Of a stretch of DNA of 39,422 nt, positions 1 through 9,077 are shown one piece after another. The notes under the pieces are model-generated. The model searched no databases. It was given only the letters and a program-made list of their open reading frames with translations, and was not told the DNA's origin. Both the position numbers and the translations under genes were made by a program. This DNA is from Hyphomicrobiales bacterium (GTDB lineage Bacteria; Pseudomonadota; Alphaproteobacteria; Rhizobiales; Aestuariivirgaceae), in the NCBI GenBank assembly GCA_027067085.1, contig JAMOMM010000261.1, positions 1 to 39,422 on the forward strand. The letters run 5' to 3'. Position 1 is the first letter of the stretch. Each line of letters starts with the position of its first letter.

Positions 1-180
1 AATGCTTCAAATACGTCATTGCGTTCGTCTTGAGAATAGCTGGCCAAAAAGTTTTGACAGTAATTATTACAAGCTCTCCAATGTCAAAACATCCAATAGG
101 CGGGTCAAGTCCAACAAGAAATTTTTGGGTGCACTCTCAGAGACAGACATACTTTTCACAGGTGCCACAACCACTTTCTC

Positions 181-641
181 TTAGCTTAAGACAACACGCT
201 GTCGGGCACGCACTGAAACAGTGCCAATATTGAATACAGCGACTTCGTTTTCCACCAGTATCACCGTCCGCAAACCCAATACCTTCATACTCAAGAAAGC
301 TTATCTCAAAATCAACATTCCATAGGCCAACATTACTTAACCCTACCACCAAATTTGCACCGTCAAAAGCTTTTGCCTTTAACCTTGCACGATCAGCACC
401 AATTTTTGGTGACCCGCTGACCAAGACTTCCATCAAGTGAACACCATATAACTGGATATCTACATTGTCAGAAACTTTCTTAGCTGGTGGCAGCAAAAAA
501 TGTTTCATACCGCCAACACACACAACAGGACCATTTAAACAAACAGCAACATATGACCCCAATACAATACTGGATTTTTCGAAACAAAGCCTCTCCTTGC
601 AAAATATGAATTATGTTTTTTGACTGGAGGGGTGTACTCAT
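181..641 (-). pseudogene. cheD: cheD-like chemoreceptor glutamine deamidase, disrupted by two frameshifts
   Basis: Consecutive CheD-like segments lie in three frames. First is MSTPLQSKNIIHILQGEALF (ATG at 641). Second is SSIVLGSYVAVCLNGPVVCVGGMKHFLLP..YGVHLMEVL..GADRARLKAKAFDGAN..GGKRSRCIQYW (ORF-track 137..562). Third is TVSVRARQRVVLS, ending at TAA 181-183. The first shift is near the T5 run at 575-579. The conserved LGSC cysteine reads Tyr (GSY). Confidence 0.75.
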
Positions 642-944
642 GCAAGCTTACCAACCACACCTTCCAAACAAGCCTTGATCCCAGCGGTTGAAAATGGTTT
701 GGTTAGAAAGTTATTCTAGCCCCAATTGGCGCCCTTGCTCAATAAGAGCTAGGTCATTACGCCCCGAAATTAAAATGAACCCTACTTTAGCAGTTTGTTG
801 GTGGCTTCGCACTGCCCGCAAGAGTTCTAAACCGTTCATTTTGGGCATATTATAATCTAAAATAATTAGATGGACGGGGTTCGCTAAAATAGTTTGCAAA
901 CCTTCTGCGCCGTCTCTGACAATACGTTGATTAATGATACCTAG
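638..944 (-). pseudogene. cheY: cheY-like receiver gene, 3' part (left of the IS insertion), with an additional break near 708-716
   Basis: Translation gives LGIINQRIVRDGAEGLQTILANPVHLIILDYNMPKMNGLELLRAVRSHQQTAKVGFILISGRNDLALIEQGRQLGLE, then a stop (TAA 711-713). The expected C-terminus NNFLTKPFSTAGIKACLEGVVGKLA continues in another frame, itself preceded by a TAG. The final TGA overlaps the cheD ATG (ATGA at 638-641). Confidence 0.8.
941..944. repeat. target-site duplication CTAG, left copy
   Basis: CTAG directly abuts the left inverted repeat of the IS. Keeping a single CTAG restores the cheY reading frame across the junction (..NGLTELGIINQRIV..). Confidence 0.8.
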
Positions 945-1764
945 GCTCAGGACCTATTAAATTTCATGATTCACTATTTGGAGAAAGAGATTTCATCATG
1001 AGCAATTTTTATTATTTAACACCTGAACAGATATCGCGTATTGAACCATATTTTCCGTTGTCTCACAGCGTGGCCCACGTTGATGATCGGCGTGCTATTA
1101 GCGGCAATTATCCATATTTTGAAACGTGGCCTTCAATGGCATGATGCGCCTCGTTAATACGGCCCCTACAAGACCTTATACAACCGCTTTATCCGCTGGA
1201 GTAAAATGGGTGTGTTTGATAAAATATTCAAAGCTCTTGTCCAAGCCCAAGGTGCGCCTGAACGATTGCAAATAGATGCAACCCATTTAAAGGCCCATCG
1301 AATCGCAGCAAGTCTGCTAAAAAAAGGGATGTTCCCCGCGCTATTAGACGGATAAAAGGTGGTTTAACGTCAAAATTGCATGCGGTTTGCGATGGCTAGG
1401 CGCGCCCTGTTTTGTTACTTTTATCGTAAGGTCAGATGAGTGATTATAAGGGTGCAGAAATATTGTTAGATGAATTGCCACGTGGCAAATTCATGTTGGC
1501 TGATCGCGGTTACGATACGTTCTGGTTCAGGGATGGGTTGAAAAGAAAAAGCATAAAGCCTTGTATTCCAGCAAAAAAGAACAAAAAAACTGATATTCCA
1601 CACGATAAAACATTGCACAAACAACGCCATAAAATTGAAAATATGTTTGACAGACTGAAGGACTGGCGGCGCATCACAACGCGCTATGACAGATACGCCC
1701 ACACCTTCTCTCGGCCATTTGCATCGCAGCTTTCGTTATATGGTGGCTTTAATGAGTCCTGACC
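945..1764 (+). mobile_element. IS5-family insertion sequence (IS427/IS1031-like), 820 bp, transposase degenerate
   Basis: Terminal inverted repeats are GCTCAGGACCTATTAAA (945-) and TTTAATGAGTCCTGACC (-1764), with 3 mismatches. Transposase-like segments are MSNFYYLTPEQISRIEPYFP..VDDRRAISG, IIHILKRGLQWHDAPR*YGPYKTLYNRFIRWSKMGVF..LQIDATHLKAHR, and RRIKGGLTSKLHAVCDG*ARP..S*GQMSDYKGAEILLDELP..ADRGYD..MFDRLKDWRRITTRYDR. There are three in-frame stops and one extra frameshift. The CTA AAA AAA GGG site (about 1317-1328) resembles the programmed -1 slippery site typical of this IS group. Confidence 0.85.
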
Positions 1765-1768
1765 CTAG
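1765..1768. repeat. target-site duplication CTAG, right copy
   Basis: CTAG immediately follows the right inverted repeat of the IS. Confidence 0.8.
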
Positions 1769-1860
1769 TTCCGTCAAACCATTACAAATCAACGCTCGAC
1801 TTACGTTTGTGTCGTCCACAACCAAAATTTCTATTTGCTTAGGGTATGAACCAATTTTTT
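1765..1860 (-). pseudogene. cheY: cheY-like receiver gene, 5' part (right of the IS insertion)
   Basis: Translation gives KQIEILVVDDTNVSRALICNGLTELG up to the IS junction. No clean ATG start is visible, and the frame is open into the upstream MCP remnant. The upper boundary is approximate. Confidence 0.7.
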
Positions 1861-1875
1861 TCCATAAAATATGAT

Positions 1876-2540
1876 TTACCTGAGTCAGCTTGATAACCTT
1901 GTTTAGTATATCGCACTCAACTACGCTTGCGATTCGACATGATGCTAACTCCTCAATAGCATCCATTGAATCAATAGTTTTCTCTACATTTCTGACACTG
2001 TGTGAGCTCGCAAGAACAATCGATGTAATTCCCTTTGCGACATCTTCAGACGCAAGCTTTTATTCTGCTAGCATTGTTGCGATCTGCGCCATATTATCTG
2101 TAGTTTTTTCTATTTTTCACGGATACCACTCATTCGTTCGCTGGCTTTTCAATAGCATACTTGCCAGTTACAACTGAGTTAGTTGTACTGTCCATTTCCA
2201 ACAAAACACCCTTACTTTCTTTTTGTAAACTTTTTATTATGCCATCAATTTCGTCGGTGGAGCTTTCCGTCTACTCGATTAAACTTTTAATTCCACCTGC
2301 TAGTACCGAAAACCCTTCACCAGCATCTCCTGCTCAGGCTGCTTCAATATTTGCATTTAACACAAGCAATTTCATCCTGTAAGCAATTGATTTAATCACA
2401 TCTGCCGTTTCGGCAACTTCAATGGACAAACGCGCCATCTGACTCAAATCAATATTTGAGTCTTGAGCGAGTTTATTGTTCAGCTAACGCAACTCCCCAG
2501 ACACATCACACTCACCCAAGCATCCAGCCTCACACTAGAT
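1876..2540 (-). pseudogene. methyl-accepting chemotaxis protein remnant (cytoplasmic signalling domain only)
   Basis: The highly conserved MCP hairpin region reads IAYRMKLLVLNANIEAA*AGDAGEGFSVLAGGIKSLIE*TESSTDEIDGII (TGA at 2334-2336, TAG at 2271-2273). Further stops and a frameshift follow before IEKTTDNMAQIATMLAE*KLASEDVAKGITSIV..DAIEELAS. No transmembrane or ligand-binding part was detected. Boundaries are approximate. Confidence 0.75.
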
Positions 2541-2643
2541 TTAAAAACGCCTTACTCAGCAAAAAAACCAATACGTTAACTCCCTTGAAAGTTTTGTTTT
2601 TTAAACTCAAAGAATACGGATGCTTAGAACATGATATTCTAAT

Positions 2644-2682
2644 GGCATGAAGCCGCGCAGCCGTGTAGGTTCAATCCGACAT
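2644..2682 (+). promoter_or_regulatory. degenerate copy (A) of the flagellin-type bipartite motif
   Basis: The sequence is GGCATGAAGCC-gcgcagccgtg-TAGGT-tcaa-TCCGACAT. It has the same block order and the same 11-nt spacer as the copies at 22570-22609 (minus) and 28925-28964 (plus), with 3 substitutions and a 1-nt deletion. Confidence 0.45.
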
Positions 2683-2843
2683 TTTTTCAATACCTATCGC
2701 TCTTTGCACTGATTTTTTTAGTACAATTCATAAGGCGTTCGATTTGGCATGCAGCTGATTGGGAATATTTTCCTATCTGTTGACCACAAATAGGAAATTG
2801 AAACTTAAACACCACTTTCCTTTGTCAGTAGATTGGAAGATCA

Positions 2844-3023
2844 ATGATTTATTTTGGAATACCTGGCCTAGTTGTTTTTTTGATCCTGTTTTTTGGTATC
2901 GTAAACCTTGTGCTTTATAAAATCCTATGGGACAAAATAAACTCTAGGCCCGAGCGGTCAATAGTAGTTTTTGATTCAAAACAATTTCACACGTCTGACA
3001 AGTCAAAAAAGCATCCAATGTAA
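2844..3023 (+). CDS. small hypothetical single-pass membrane protein (59 aa, below the ORF-track cutoff)
   Basis: ATG at 2844 is preceded by GGAAGA (2835-2840). The protein is MIYFGIPGLVVFLILFFGIVNLVLYKILWDKINSRPERSIVVFDSKQFHTSDKSKKHPM, a hydrophobic helix followed by a basic tail. No homolog recognised. Confidence 0.3.
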   Translation: MIYFGIPGLVVFLILFFGIVNLVLYKILWDKINSRPERSIVVFDSKQFHTSDKSKKHPM

Positions 3024-3045
3024 AGTATATACTGATCTTGTAGAC

Positions 3046-3555
3046 TCATTCTGATATTTCACCATTTGTTGTCACAACAACCCATTTGGCTCCATTTTTC
3101 TTAATCTGCAATACTCGGCCAGTACCTGGTAGGATGTGCCCAGGTTGAACACTCCATAGTTTACCATTACCTTCTAATAAAGCCATATCTCCAGTGGCAA
3201 GCCTTAGGATGTACAAACTTTGGGGATCTTGGGGTGGTAGTCTGCCAATTTTTAACATGTCTTGCTTTACAGAGACATTGGTACCTGAGTTCAATTGTTT
3301 AGAAATAGAGCTGGTTCGACGCACTGATTGGGGGAGCATGATGCTGTTTGTAAACTTTGGCCGCCTAGGAACACTTGCTGTTGTCAGCTTACTGTCCAAA
3401 GGGTTCATTACGGGCACGTGAGCAACTACAACATTCGGTAAGTCTTCTTTTTCCTGACCATTAATAAACATATACAATGCAAAGGTTGTAGAAATGCTAG
3501 CACCAACAATGCCAACAATGTATGTTTTAAGAAATGTAGCGATCACCGTAATCAT
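3046..3555 (-). CDS. membrane-anchored hypothetical protein, last gene of the flhA-fliR operon tail
   Basis: It has an N-terminal TM helix (VIATFLKTYIVGIVGASISTTFALYMF) and a C-terminal beta-rich domain (LWSVQPGHILPGTGRVLQIKKNGAKWVVVTTNGEI). A 4-nt start/stop overlap links it to the upstream ORF. Confidence 0.6.
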   Translation of the reverse strand: MITVIATFLKTYIVGIVGASISTTFALYMFINGQEKEDLPNVVVAHVPVMNPLDSKLTTASVPRRPKFTNSIMLPQSVRRTSSISKQLNSGTNVSVKQDMLKIGRLPPQDPQSLYILRLATGDMALLEGNGKLWSVQPGHILPGTGRVLQIKKNGAKWVVVTTNGEISE

Positions 3556-4022
3556 TCTTTCTTTCGCCCTCTTTTACGCAATTCACTTTTGGGAATATAG
3601 CTAATAGAATCCACCAGAACATCTTTCACTATCTCTACTCCAATTCGAGCATTGGCGTTCAGACGCATTCGTTTAGTCAAGGTTGCTAGATCATATTTTT
3701 CCAACTTTTTGAAATCCTGTAATGATCCACTATAAATCGCTCTAAATGCCTCATCAGACAAAATTAATTCTGGTGGAACAGACATTAATTTTAGCAGAAT
3801 AGCATCTGCTAGGAACGTAAATTTTGCCAAAACATAGCCAGATATTTCTCCGTTAGATATAATTGGTACACTTATAGTTTCTGTTTTTATTTTTTCTACT
3901 TTTCCAAAAAATGACGTTGGCGCCATTTCTGGTGGTTGACCTGATACCCAAACCATTGACCCATAAAATGACCCTAAAGTTATAATGGAAACCCACACAC
4001 CAACCATAACCATTTTAATCAT
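3552..4022 (-). CDS. FliL-like basal-body-associated membrane protein (second FliL-type paralog, putative)
   Basis: It has an N-terminal TM helix, then a pattern like the FliL domain (ISVPIISNGEISGYVLAKFTFLAD..LILSDEAFRAIY..LTKRMRLNANARIG..VLVDSISY). Both junctions have 4-nt overlaps. Confidence 0.45.
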   Translation of the reverse strand: MIKMVMVGVWVSIITLGSFYGSMVWVSGQPPEMAPTSFFGKVEKIKTETISVPIISNGEISGYVLAKFTFLADAILLKLMSVPPELILSDEAFRAIYSGSLQDFKKLEKYDLATLTKRMRLNANARIGVEIVKDVLVDSISYIPKSELRKRGRKKE

Positions 4023-4417
4023 ACGATTATACCGTTTACACCGTTAATACCAATTAAGCGCGAATAGGTACCGTCTGTTTCATGACGTCGGTTTTCTTCT
4101 TCCAAGAAATTAGCAAACTCCTTAGTAGCCGACAAATGTAATTTGATTGCGGACTGATTGCGCCCAATTGCCGCTTTCAAAACCTTAGCCCGAGAAATCA
4201 ACGCAGAAGATTCACCTACTCCGATTAATGTTTTTTGTGCCCTTTTAAATTCAAGAAGGATACGGTTTTTCTTTTCCAGTTGGGACGCCAGTTGACTAAC
4301 GTCGTGGACGCGAAGGCAATCGGTTTCATCTTCTACAACATTTATGAGCCGTTGCATGACTTCAAGCAAATCCGTTTCCACCCTGTTGGGGTAAACAGTA
4401 GCCTCAGGAATAACCAT
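4019..4417 (-). CDS. hypothetical helical protein, possibly a FlgN-like export chaperone
   Basis: A 132-aa ORF with predicted coiled-coil character (LLEVMQRLINVVEDETDCLRVHD..LEKKNRILLEFKRAQ). The call rests on operon position only. Confidence 0.35.
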   Translation of the reverse strand: MVIPEATVYPNRVETDLLEVMQRLINVVEDETDCLRVHDVSQLASQLEKKNRILLEFKRAQKTLIGVGESSALISRAKVLKAAIGRNQSAIKLHLSATKEFANFLEEENRRHETDGTYSRLIGINGVNGIIV

Positions 4418-5057
4418 TTGACATCACTTTACTGACTAAGTTTTCGCGACGCTGTTGGTTTTGATCGGGAGCCATACCAAGATCACTCATAAATAGTTTT
4501 TCAAATTGCATGCCTATATTTGAATGGCTAGCGGAGTTGATTACTCCTGCATTTTTTGCCGCTGACAGTGATGGTGTGCTCATTGCTTTTGATATCCCAA
4601 CGCCTTGGCCTTGTGTCAACTCGCTTGCAATAGCTTTGGCCATAAAGGACTTCCAATAGTCAGCCGAAACCCCTTTACCGAACATTGTCCCTTCTTGCCC
4701 CCTTAACATTGATGCAATAACCCCCTGTAGAAACAGCCCTTCTAGTTCTTGGTGGGCTTTTTTCAAATTATCCCCTGGAACCGCATCGTGGCGTGCATAA
4801 GCGTTAATACTCTCTGCGGGAATCTCGGTATTGACTTTTACTGTATTCGAAATATTTTTACCGTTTGGTGGCGAAACCACATTGGTCACAGGCGGCAGTG
4901 TTTTTACAATTTTGCCAAAACTATCACCATTCAACTCTGCCGCACTTTTCACAGGCGCCATTGCCGCAAAACGTTTATTGCCTAAATGAACTTTTGTTGG
5001 ATCTGCGGCGTTTATAACGTCCATTATTATATCTGTTGGAGGTGAAATTGACATCAA
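4404..5057 (-). CDS. flgJ: FlgJ-like rod-binding protein without a muramidase domain
   Basis: The rod-binding motif is AHQELEGLFLQGVIASMLRGQEG..GKGVSADYWKSFMAKAIASELTQGQGVGISKAM. No glucosaminidase or peptidase domain follows. Confidence 0.7.
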   Translation of the reverse strand: MMSISPPTDIIMDVINAADPTKVHLGNKRFAAMAPVKSAAELNGDSFGKIVKTLPPVTNVVSPPNGKNISNTVKVNTEIPAESINAYARHDAVPGDNLKKAHQELEGLFLQGVIASMLRGQEGTMFGKGVSADYWKSFMAKAIASELTQGQGVGISKAMSTPSLSAAKNAGVINSASHSNIGMQFEKLFMSDLGMAPDQNQQRRENLVSKVMSNGYS

Positions 5058-5126
5058 AACAACCCTTTCTAAGCAATTACCCTGACCAATTATTCCAAGG
5101 CTAGCTTGCGGGAGGCTTGATAGACT

Positions 5127-5522
5127 TTAGCTCTTTTTCATCAACGATATTTCAATGACTTCGAGAAGGTCTTGTTTAGCCTCTTCAGCCATACTAACAT
5201 TTTTCGCATCGATGAAAGCGCGCTCAATTTGTACTACTTTTCTTTGTTGACCTTGTAGGACTTTGGATTGACTTGAATAGATAACATCTAACGCTAAACC
5301 TTTTTTGGACACGGCAGTTAACTTTCTTCCGATCAAATCGGACAACAAAGCGCCATTAGAGTGGAAGTGATTTAGCGCAGAAACCAGAGTATCTTTATCT
5401 TCAATAACCTTATTTTTCTTTACCTGAGTATCAGATACTTTCCACTCATGTAGTTGCCTTAACTGCTTTTGCACTTCAAGCATCCGCTTTAATTTTTTCA
5501 GTCGTATTTTCAAATCAGCCAT
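5127..5522 (-). CDS. coiled-coil protein of the flagellar operon (possibly FliJ-like)
   Basis: A 131-aa charged heptad-like protein (LKIRLKKLKRMLEVQKQLRQLHEWK). It overlaps the fliR stop by 8 nt. Confidence 0.4.
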   Translation of the reverse strand: MADLKIRLKKLKRMLEVQKQLRQLHEWKVSDTQVKKNKVIEDKDTLVSALNHFHSNGALLSDLIGRKLTAVSKKGLALDVIYSSQSKVLQGQQRKVVQIERAFIDAKNVSMAEEAKQDLLEVIEISLMKKS

Positions 5523-6279
5523 TTAGCAACCAATCTCGAAAACCTTGCATGAACAATATCAACATTTCATCGGAAACAATAAATAACAACATCAAACCAC
5601 CTAGCAATACAAATGGCAGCGAAATAAAATAAATTGGAATCTGAGGGGTCAGCTTATTGGCCAACCCGATAGCCAGGTTAACCAAAACGGCGTATATAAA
5701 AAAGGGAGCACTAGCTTGGATCGATACAAACATCGCTTTTGATAAATTTCTCACAATATCATTTAACTGCATTTTCATTTGCGGCCATTGGCCCACTGGG
5801 GAAACATCATACGAACCTAGCAATGCATAGATTATCTCTAAGTGTAAGTCGGTAAAAAAAACCAATGCTGTCGCGGTAACTGTAATTAGCGAAACCAAGG
5901 CTGGAACTGCTTCTTGACCTTCAATTGGTGTTCCTGGCATCGCCCCCATACCAATGAACATTGCTATTGTCGATGCAGAAAACTGGATCGAAAGCATAAA
6001 CATTCTTCCCATCAAGCCTATTAACAATCCCTTTGAAATCTCACTTACAATCAACAAGGTTATTCGGCTTGATCCTGATTTCAAAAGGCTCTCTTCAACG
6101 GTATCAAGCAATAATGGAGTTAGTGACAAGGTAATTGAAATAGCTATATAAAGTCGTATTCGCATCGGAACTCGAGAAGTCGAGAACCCTGGAATCACCA
6201 TTAGGCAAGATCCGATTCGGCAAAAAAATAGGAATACTAAAATGACGATACTTGGCAAATCAAACATCATGCCTGTCAC
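5515..6279 (-). CDS. fliR: flagellar export apparatus protein FliR
   Basis: A polytopic membrane protein of 254 aa ([36 protein letters not shown]), immediately downstream of flhA with a 4-nt overlap. Confidence 0.9.
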   Translation of the reverse strand: MTGMMFDLPSIVILVFLFFCRIGSCLMVIPGFSTSRVPMRIRLYIAISITLSLTPLLLDTVEESLLKSGSSRITLLIVSEISKGLLIGLMGRMFMLSIQFSASTIAMFIGMGAMPGTPIEGQEAVPALVSLITVTATALVFFTDLHLEIIYALLGSYDVSPVGQWPQMKMQLNDIVRNLSKAMFVSIQASAPFFIYAVLVNLAIGLANKLTPQIPIYFISLPFVLLGGLMLLFIVSDEMLILFMQGFRDWLLNG

Positions 6280-8366
6280 GATATTTCCCCAAGATTGACA
6301 ATTTCTACGCCCCGTGCAATTTCAAGCTGGGAGAGCACAGGCAGTGTTGGGAAAAGCCGTTCTGTTATCATACGCACAAACGGCCTCGCGTCTGGTGCAG
6401 TTACCAATACAAACTGCTCGCCCGCATCCATCAACTTTCGAATCGATGTTGAAGCATCCGTCGAAAACTCTTCAATCATTGCAGGATCAATACTGAACTC
6501 AACAGCATCGCTTACATCATCTCGTTTTATACTTTCGTGAAAAGCAAGGTCCCAACGATTACCTAAGCGCAAAACATTTATTGCACGTCCTTGGGTCAGG
6601 TCACCACAAATTTGACGCGAAATCCTCACTCGCACATGCTCTACAATTTGTTCAGGACGCTGAGCATGAGGTGCAATTTCAGCAATCGCTTCAAGAATCA
6701 AATCTAGATTTCGAATTGATACTCTTTCGCTCAGCAATAATTTGAACACTGCTTGAATACCCGAATAAGTAATTTGCGCAGGGCAAATTTCATCAATCAA
6801 ACGTTGATACTCAGGGTCAAGTCGATCAAGAATTTTTCGCATATCTTTATAAGACAAAAGCGTCGCTAGGTTATTACGAATAGTTTCGCTTAAATGCGTC
6901 AACATTACAGACATGGCGTCAACAGGCTGGAAGCCTGCCACTTTTGCTTCGTTTTCAAACACTTTTGAAATCCAAAGCGCCTTCATGCCAAATGCAGGCT
7001 CTCTAGCTTCTTCACCAGGGATATCTGGTGCTTGGCGTTCACCTATAATTAAAAGCAGTTCATCTGCTCTAAGTTTTTGAGAAGCGGCAACAGTTCCATG
7101 CATCTTTATCTGATAACTTTTGGGATCCGTATCAAAACTGTCAGAGAGTTTTATCTCAGGAAATACAAATCCAAAGCTTGTGGCAAATTTGCGCCTCATT
7201 TTAGCGACCCGATTAGTCAATTCACCTTGCGAAGCATTGAATGTCAATGCTAGTTGCTTACCAAGACACAGTTCAATGCTGGGCATTTTAAGAAGCTCTT
7301 GTATATTGTTCTGCGCTTCGAGGGTTTTTTCCTGAGTTTCTTGGTGGGCCTTTTCAAGTAATTTCTCATGGTTTTTCTCTTTGTTTGAGGAAATTGTATA
7401 TGCAGAAAAACTTAAAATCCCAGCTATTGTTGCAAAGGGGAAAAATGGCATCCCAGGCACAACGGCCATTAACAACATCAACAAGGCGCCAACATTTAAT
7501 GCCTTTGGATAATTACTCAACTGCCCCAAAACAACATGCTCGGCAGAACCTCGATTTCCCCCTTTTGAAACCAGAAGGCCTGCTGCAAGTGATACGATCA
7601 ACGCAGGTATTTGCGATACCAGCCCATCACCAACTGATAGTCGCGTAAAAACATCTGCGGCTTCACTAATCGGCATGTCATATCGCGTTACACCAATAAT
7701 AATGCCACCAAAAATATTAATTGCAGTGATGATTAATCCAGCAACGGCATCTCCTCGTACAAATTTTGATGCACCATCCATCGCACCAAAAAAAGAACTT
7801 TCTTCTTCCAATTCTTTACGACGAGATTGCGCTTGTTTTTCATCTATCAAGCCCGCTGATAAATCAGCGTCAATTGCCATCTGTTTTCCTGGAATCGAAT
7901 CAAGCGTAAAGCGTGCGCCAACTTCAGCAATTCGCGTTGCGCCCTTGGTAATTACCATAAAGTTAATAATGACCAAAATTGCAAAAACTATTAATCCAAT
8001 TACAAAATCACCACTCATAACAAACGTGGAAAACCCGCCAATAACGTTTCCTGCAGCTGTATACCCCTCATTTCCGTTCGCTAAGATCAACCGTGTCGAA
8101 GCAATATTTAAGGATAGACGCAACATGGTCGCAATCAGTAAAATTGTTGGAAACGCCGAAAAATCCAATGGCTTCTCAATCCACAAAGAAACCATTAAAA
8201 TCAATACTGAAAGCGCAATTGACAATGCTAATCCCAAGTCCAGTAATGTGGCAGGGACGGGCAAAAATAAGATCATCAATATGGCAAGAATACCAATCGC
8301 AAATCCTGTATCTCGATAGTGGGACGTTTGGCCCATGCCAGCGGCGCCAAAAGGTTCTTCTGACAT
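6276..8366 (-). CDS. flhA: flagellar export apparatus protein FlhA
   Basis: A 696-aa ORF with hallmark motifs [34 protein letters not shown] and [19 protein letters not shown]. Confidence 0.97.
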   Translation of the reverse strand: MSEEPFGAAGMGQTSHYRDTGFAIGILAILMILFLPVPATLLDLGLALSIALSVLILMVSLWIEKPLDFSAFPTILLIATMLRLSLNIASTRLILANGNEGYTAAGNVIGGFSTFVMSGDFVIGLIVFAILVIINFMVITKGATRIAEVGARFTLDSIPGKQMAIDADLSAGLIDEKQAQSRRKELEEESSFFGAMDGASKFVRGDAVAGLIITAINIFGGIIIGVTRYDMPISEAADVFTRLSVGDGLVSQIPALIVSLAAGLLVSKGGNRGSAEHVVLGQLSNYPKALNVGALLMLLMAVVPGMPFFPFATIAGILSFSAYTISSNKEKNHEKLLEKAHQETQEKTLEAQNNIQELLKMPSIELCLGKQLALTFNASQGELTNRVAKMRRKFATSFGFVFPEIKLSDSFDTDPKSYQIKMHGTVAASQKLRADELLLIIGERQAPDIPGEEAREPAFGMKALWISKVFENEAKVAGFQPVDAMSVMLTHLSETIRNNLATLLSYKDMRKILDRLDPEYQRLIDEICPAQITYSGIQAVFKLLLSERVSIRNLDLILEAIAEIAPHAQRPEQIVEHVRVRISRQICGDLTQGRAINVLRLGNRWDLAFHESIKRDDVSDAVEFSIDPAMIEEFSTDASTSIRKLMDAGEQFVLVTAPDARPFVRMITERLFPTLPVLSQLEIARGVEIVNLGEIS

Positions 8367-8404
8367 AAAAAATCCTGACGGTTGAAAAGTAACCGTTTGT
8401 TATT

Positions 8405-8674
8405 TTAACCAAATCCGCTTTCAATGCGGCCATAAACAATGTCTGTAAACTTTTGAATTTCAGCACCGATAAATGGAGCTGTTGCGATAAGAACAAAAAA
8501 GATAACAACAATTTTGGGAATAAAAGTTAACGTTATTTCTTGAACTTGTGTCAGCGCTTGGATCAAAGCAATCGATAGTCCAATCACCATTGCAGCCAAG
8601 ACAGCTGGACCAGATGCAGTTATCACCACCCAAATTGCGACCCTAACAAGGTCGAGTGCATCGGCTTGATTCAT
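8405..8674 (-). CDS. fliQ: flagellar export apparatus protein FliQ
   Basis: An 89-aa, two-TM protein (VITASGPAVLAAMVIGLSIALIQALTQVQEITLTFIPK). Confidence 0.92.
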   Translation of the reverse strand: MNQADALDLVRVAIWVVITASGPAVLAAMVIGLSIALIQALTQVQEITLTFIPKIVVIFFVLIATAPFIGAEIQKFTDIVYGRIESGFG

Positions 8675-9075
8675 TAGTTTGAAACCCTAACCCCGGGACC
8701 AAGCTTAACTTGCGCGCCGCTCTCCAGTGTTGCCACAACAGAATCTGAGAAAAACTGGACGCTCGTTACCACACCAGTCTGGCTACCATCAGCAGAGGTA
8801 ACCGTTTTACCTATAGTTGCTGGTCCTTGGGCCATCGCGAGATTAGCTATCACTGTATCAAGTCTTGCATTTGTTTGAATGGCTTGCTCAACAGAAGAGA
8901 ACGAGGCAAGTTGAGCCATATACTGGCTCGAATCCATCGGTTTTGTTGGATCTTGATATTGCATTTCCGCTACCATTAATTGCAAAAAAGCATCATAATC
9001 CAAGGTTGCTTTTTGTGAGGCCTCACTCACGCTTTGTGATTGGGTGGCTTGCGTTCCAACAGCTTGTACAGGCAT
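8674..9075 (-). CDS. flgD: hook capping/assembly protein FlgD
   Basis: Contains the motif DYDAFLQLMVAEMQYQDPTKPMDSSQYMAQLASFSSVEQ. The junction with fliQ is a TAATG overlap. Confidence 0.9.
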   Translation of the reverse strand: MPVQAVGTQATQSQSVSEASQKATLDYDAFLQLMVAEMQYQDPTKPMDSSQYMAQLASFSSVEQAIQTNARLDTVIANLAMAQGPATIGKTVTSADGSQTGVVTSVQFFSDSVVATLESGAQVKLGPGVRVSN

Positions 9076-9077
9076 AT

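Noticed and set aside
2-233. Plus-strand ORFs at the left edge (2-184, 30-233) and short minus-strand reading frames downstream of cheD.
   Set aside because: No recognisable similarity was found. They overlap the cheD 3' end or are short broken frames. They might be another decayed che-operon gene, but I cannot support a call.
1890-2650. Plus-strand ORFs 1890-2177, 2161-2382 and 2456-2650.
   Set aside because: The minus strand here carries clear, though broken, MCP signalling-domain homology. The plus-strand ORFs are its antisense shadows.
7675-8319. Long antisense ORFs inside flagellar genes: 214 aa opposite flhA, 201 aa opposite fliG (36778-37383), 155 aa opposite motB (18457-18924), 134 aa opposite flgE and 137 aa opposite ftcR.
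   Set aside because: Each lies fully within a strongly supported gene on the other strand. They have biased, low-complexity composition and no recognisable domains or start signals.
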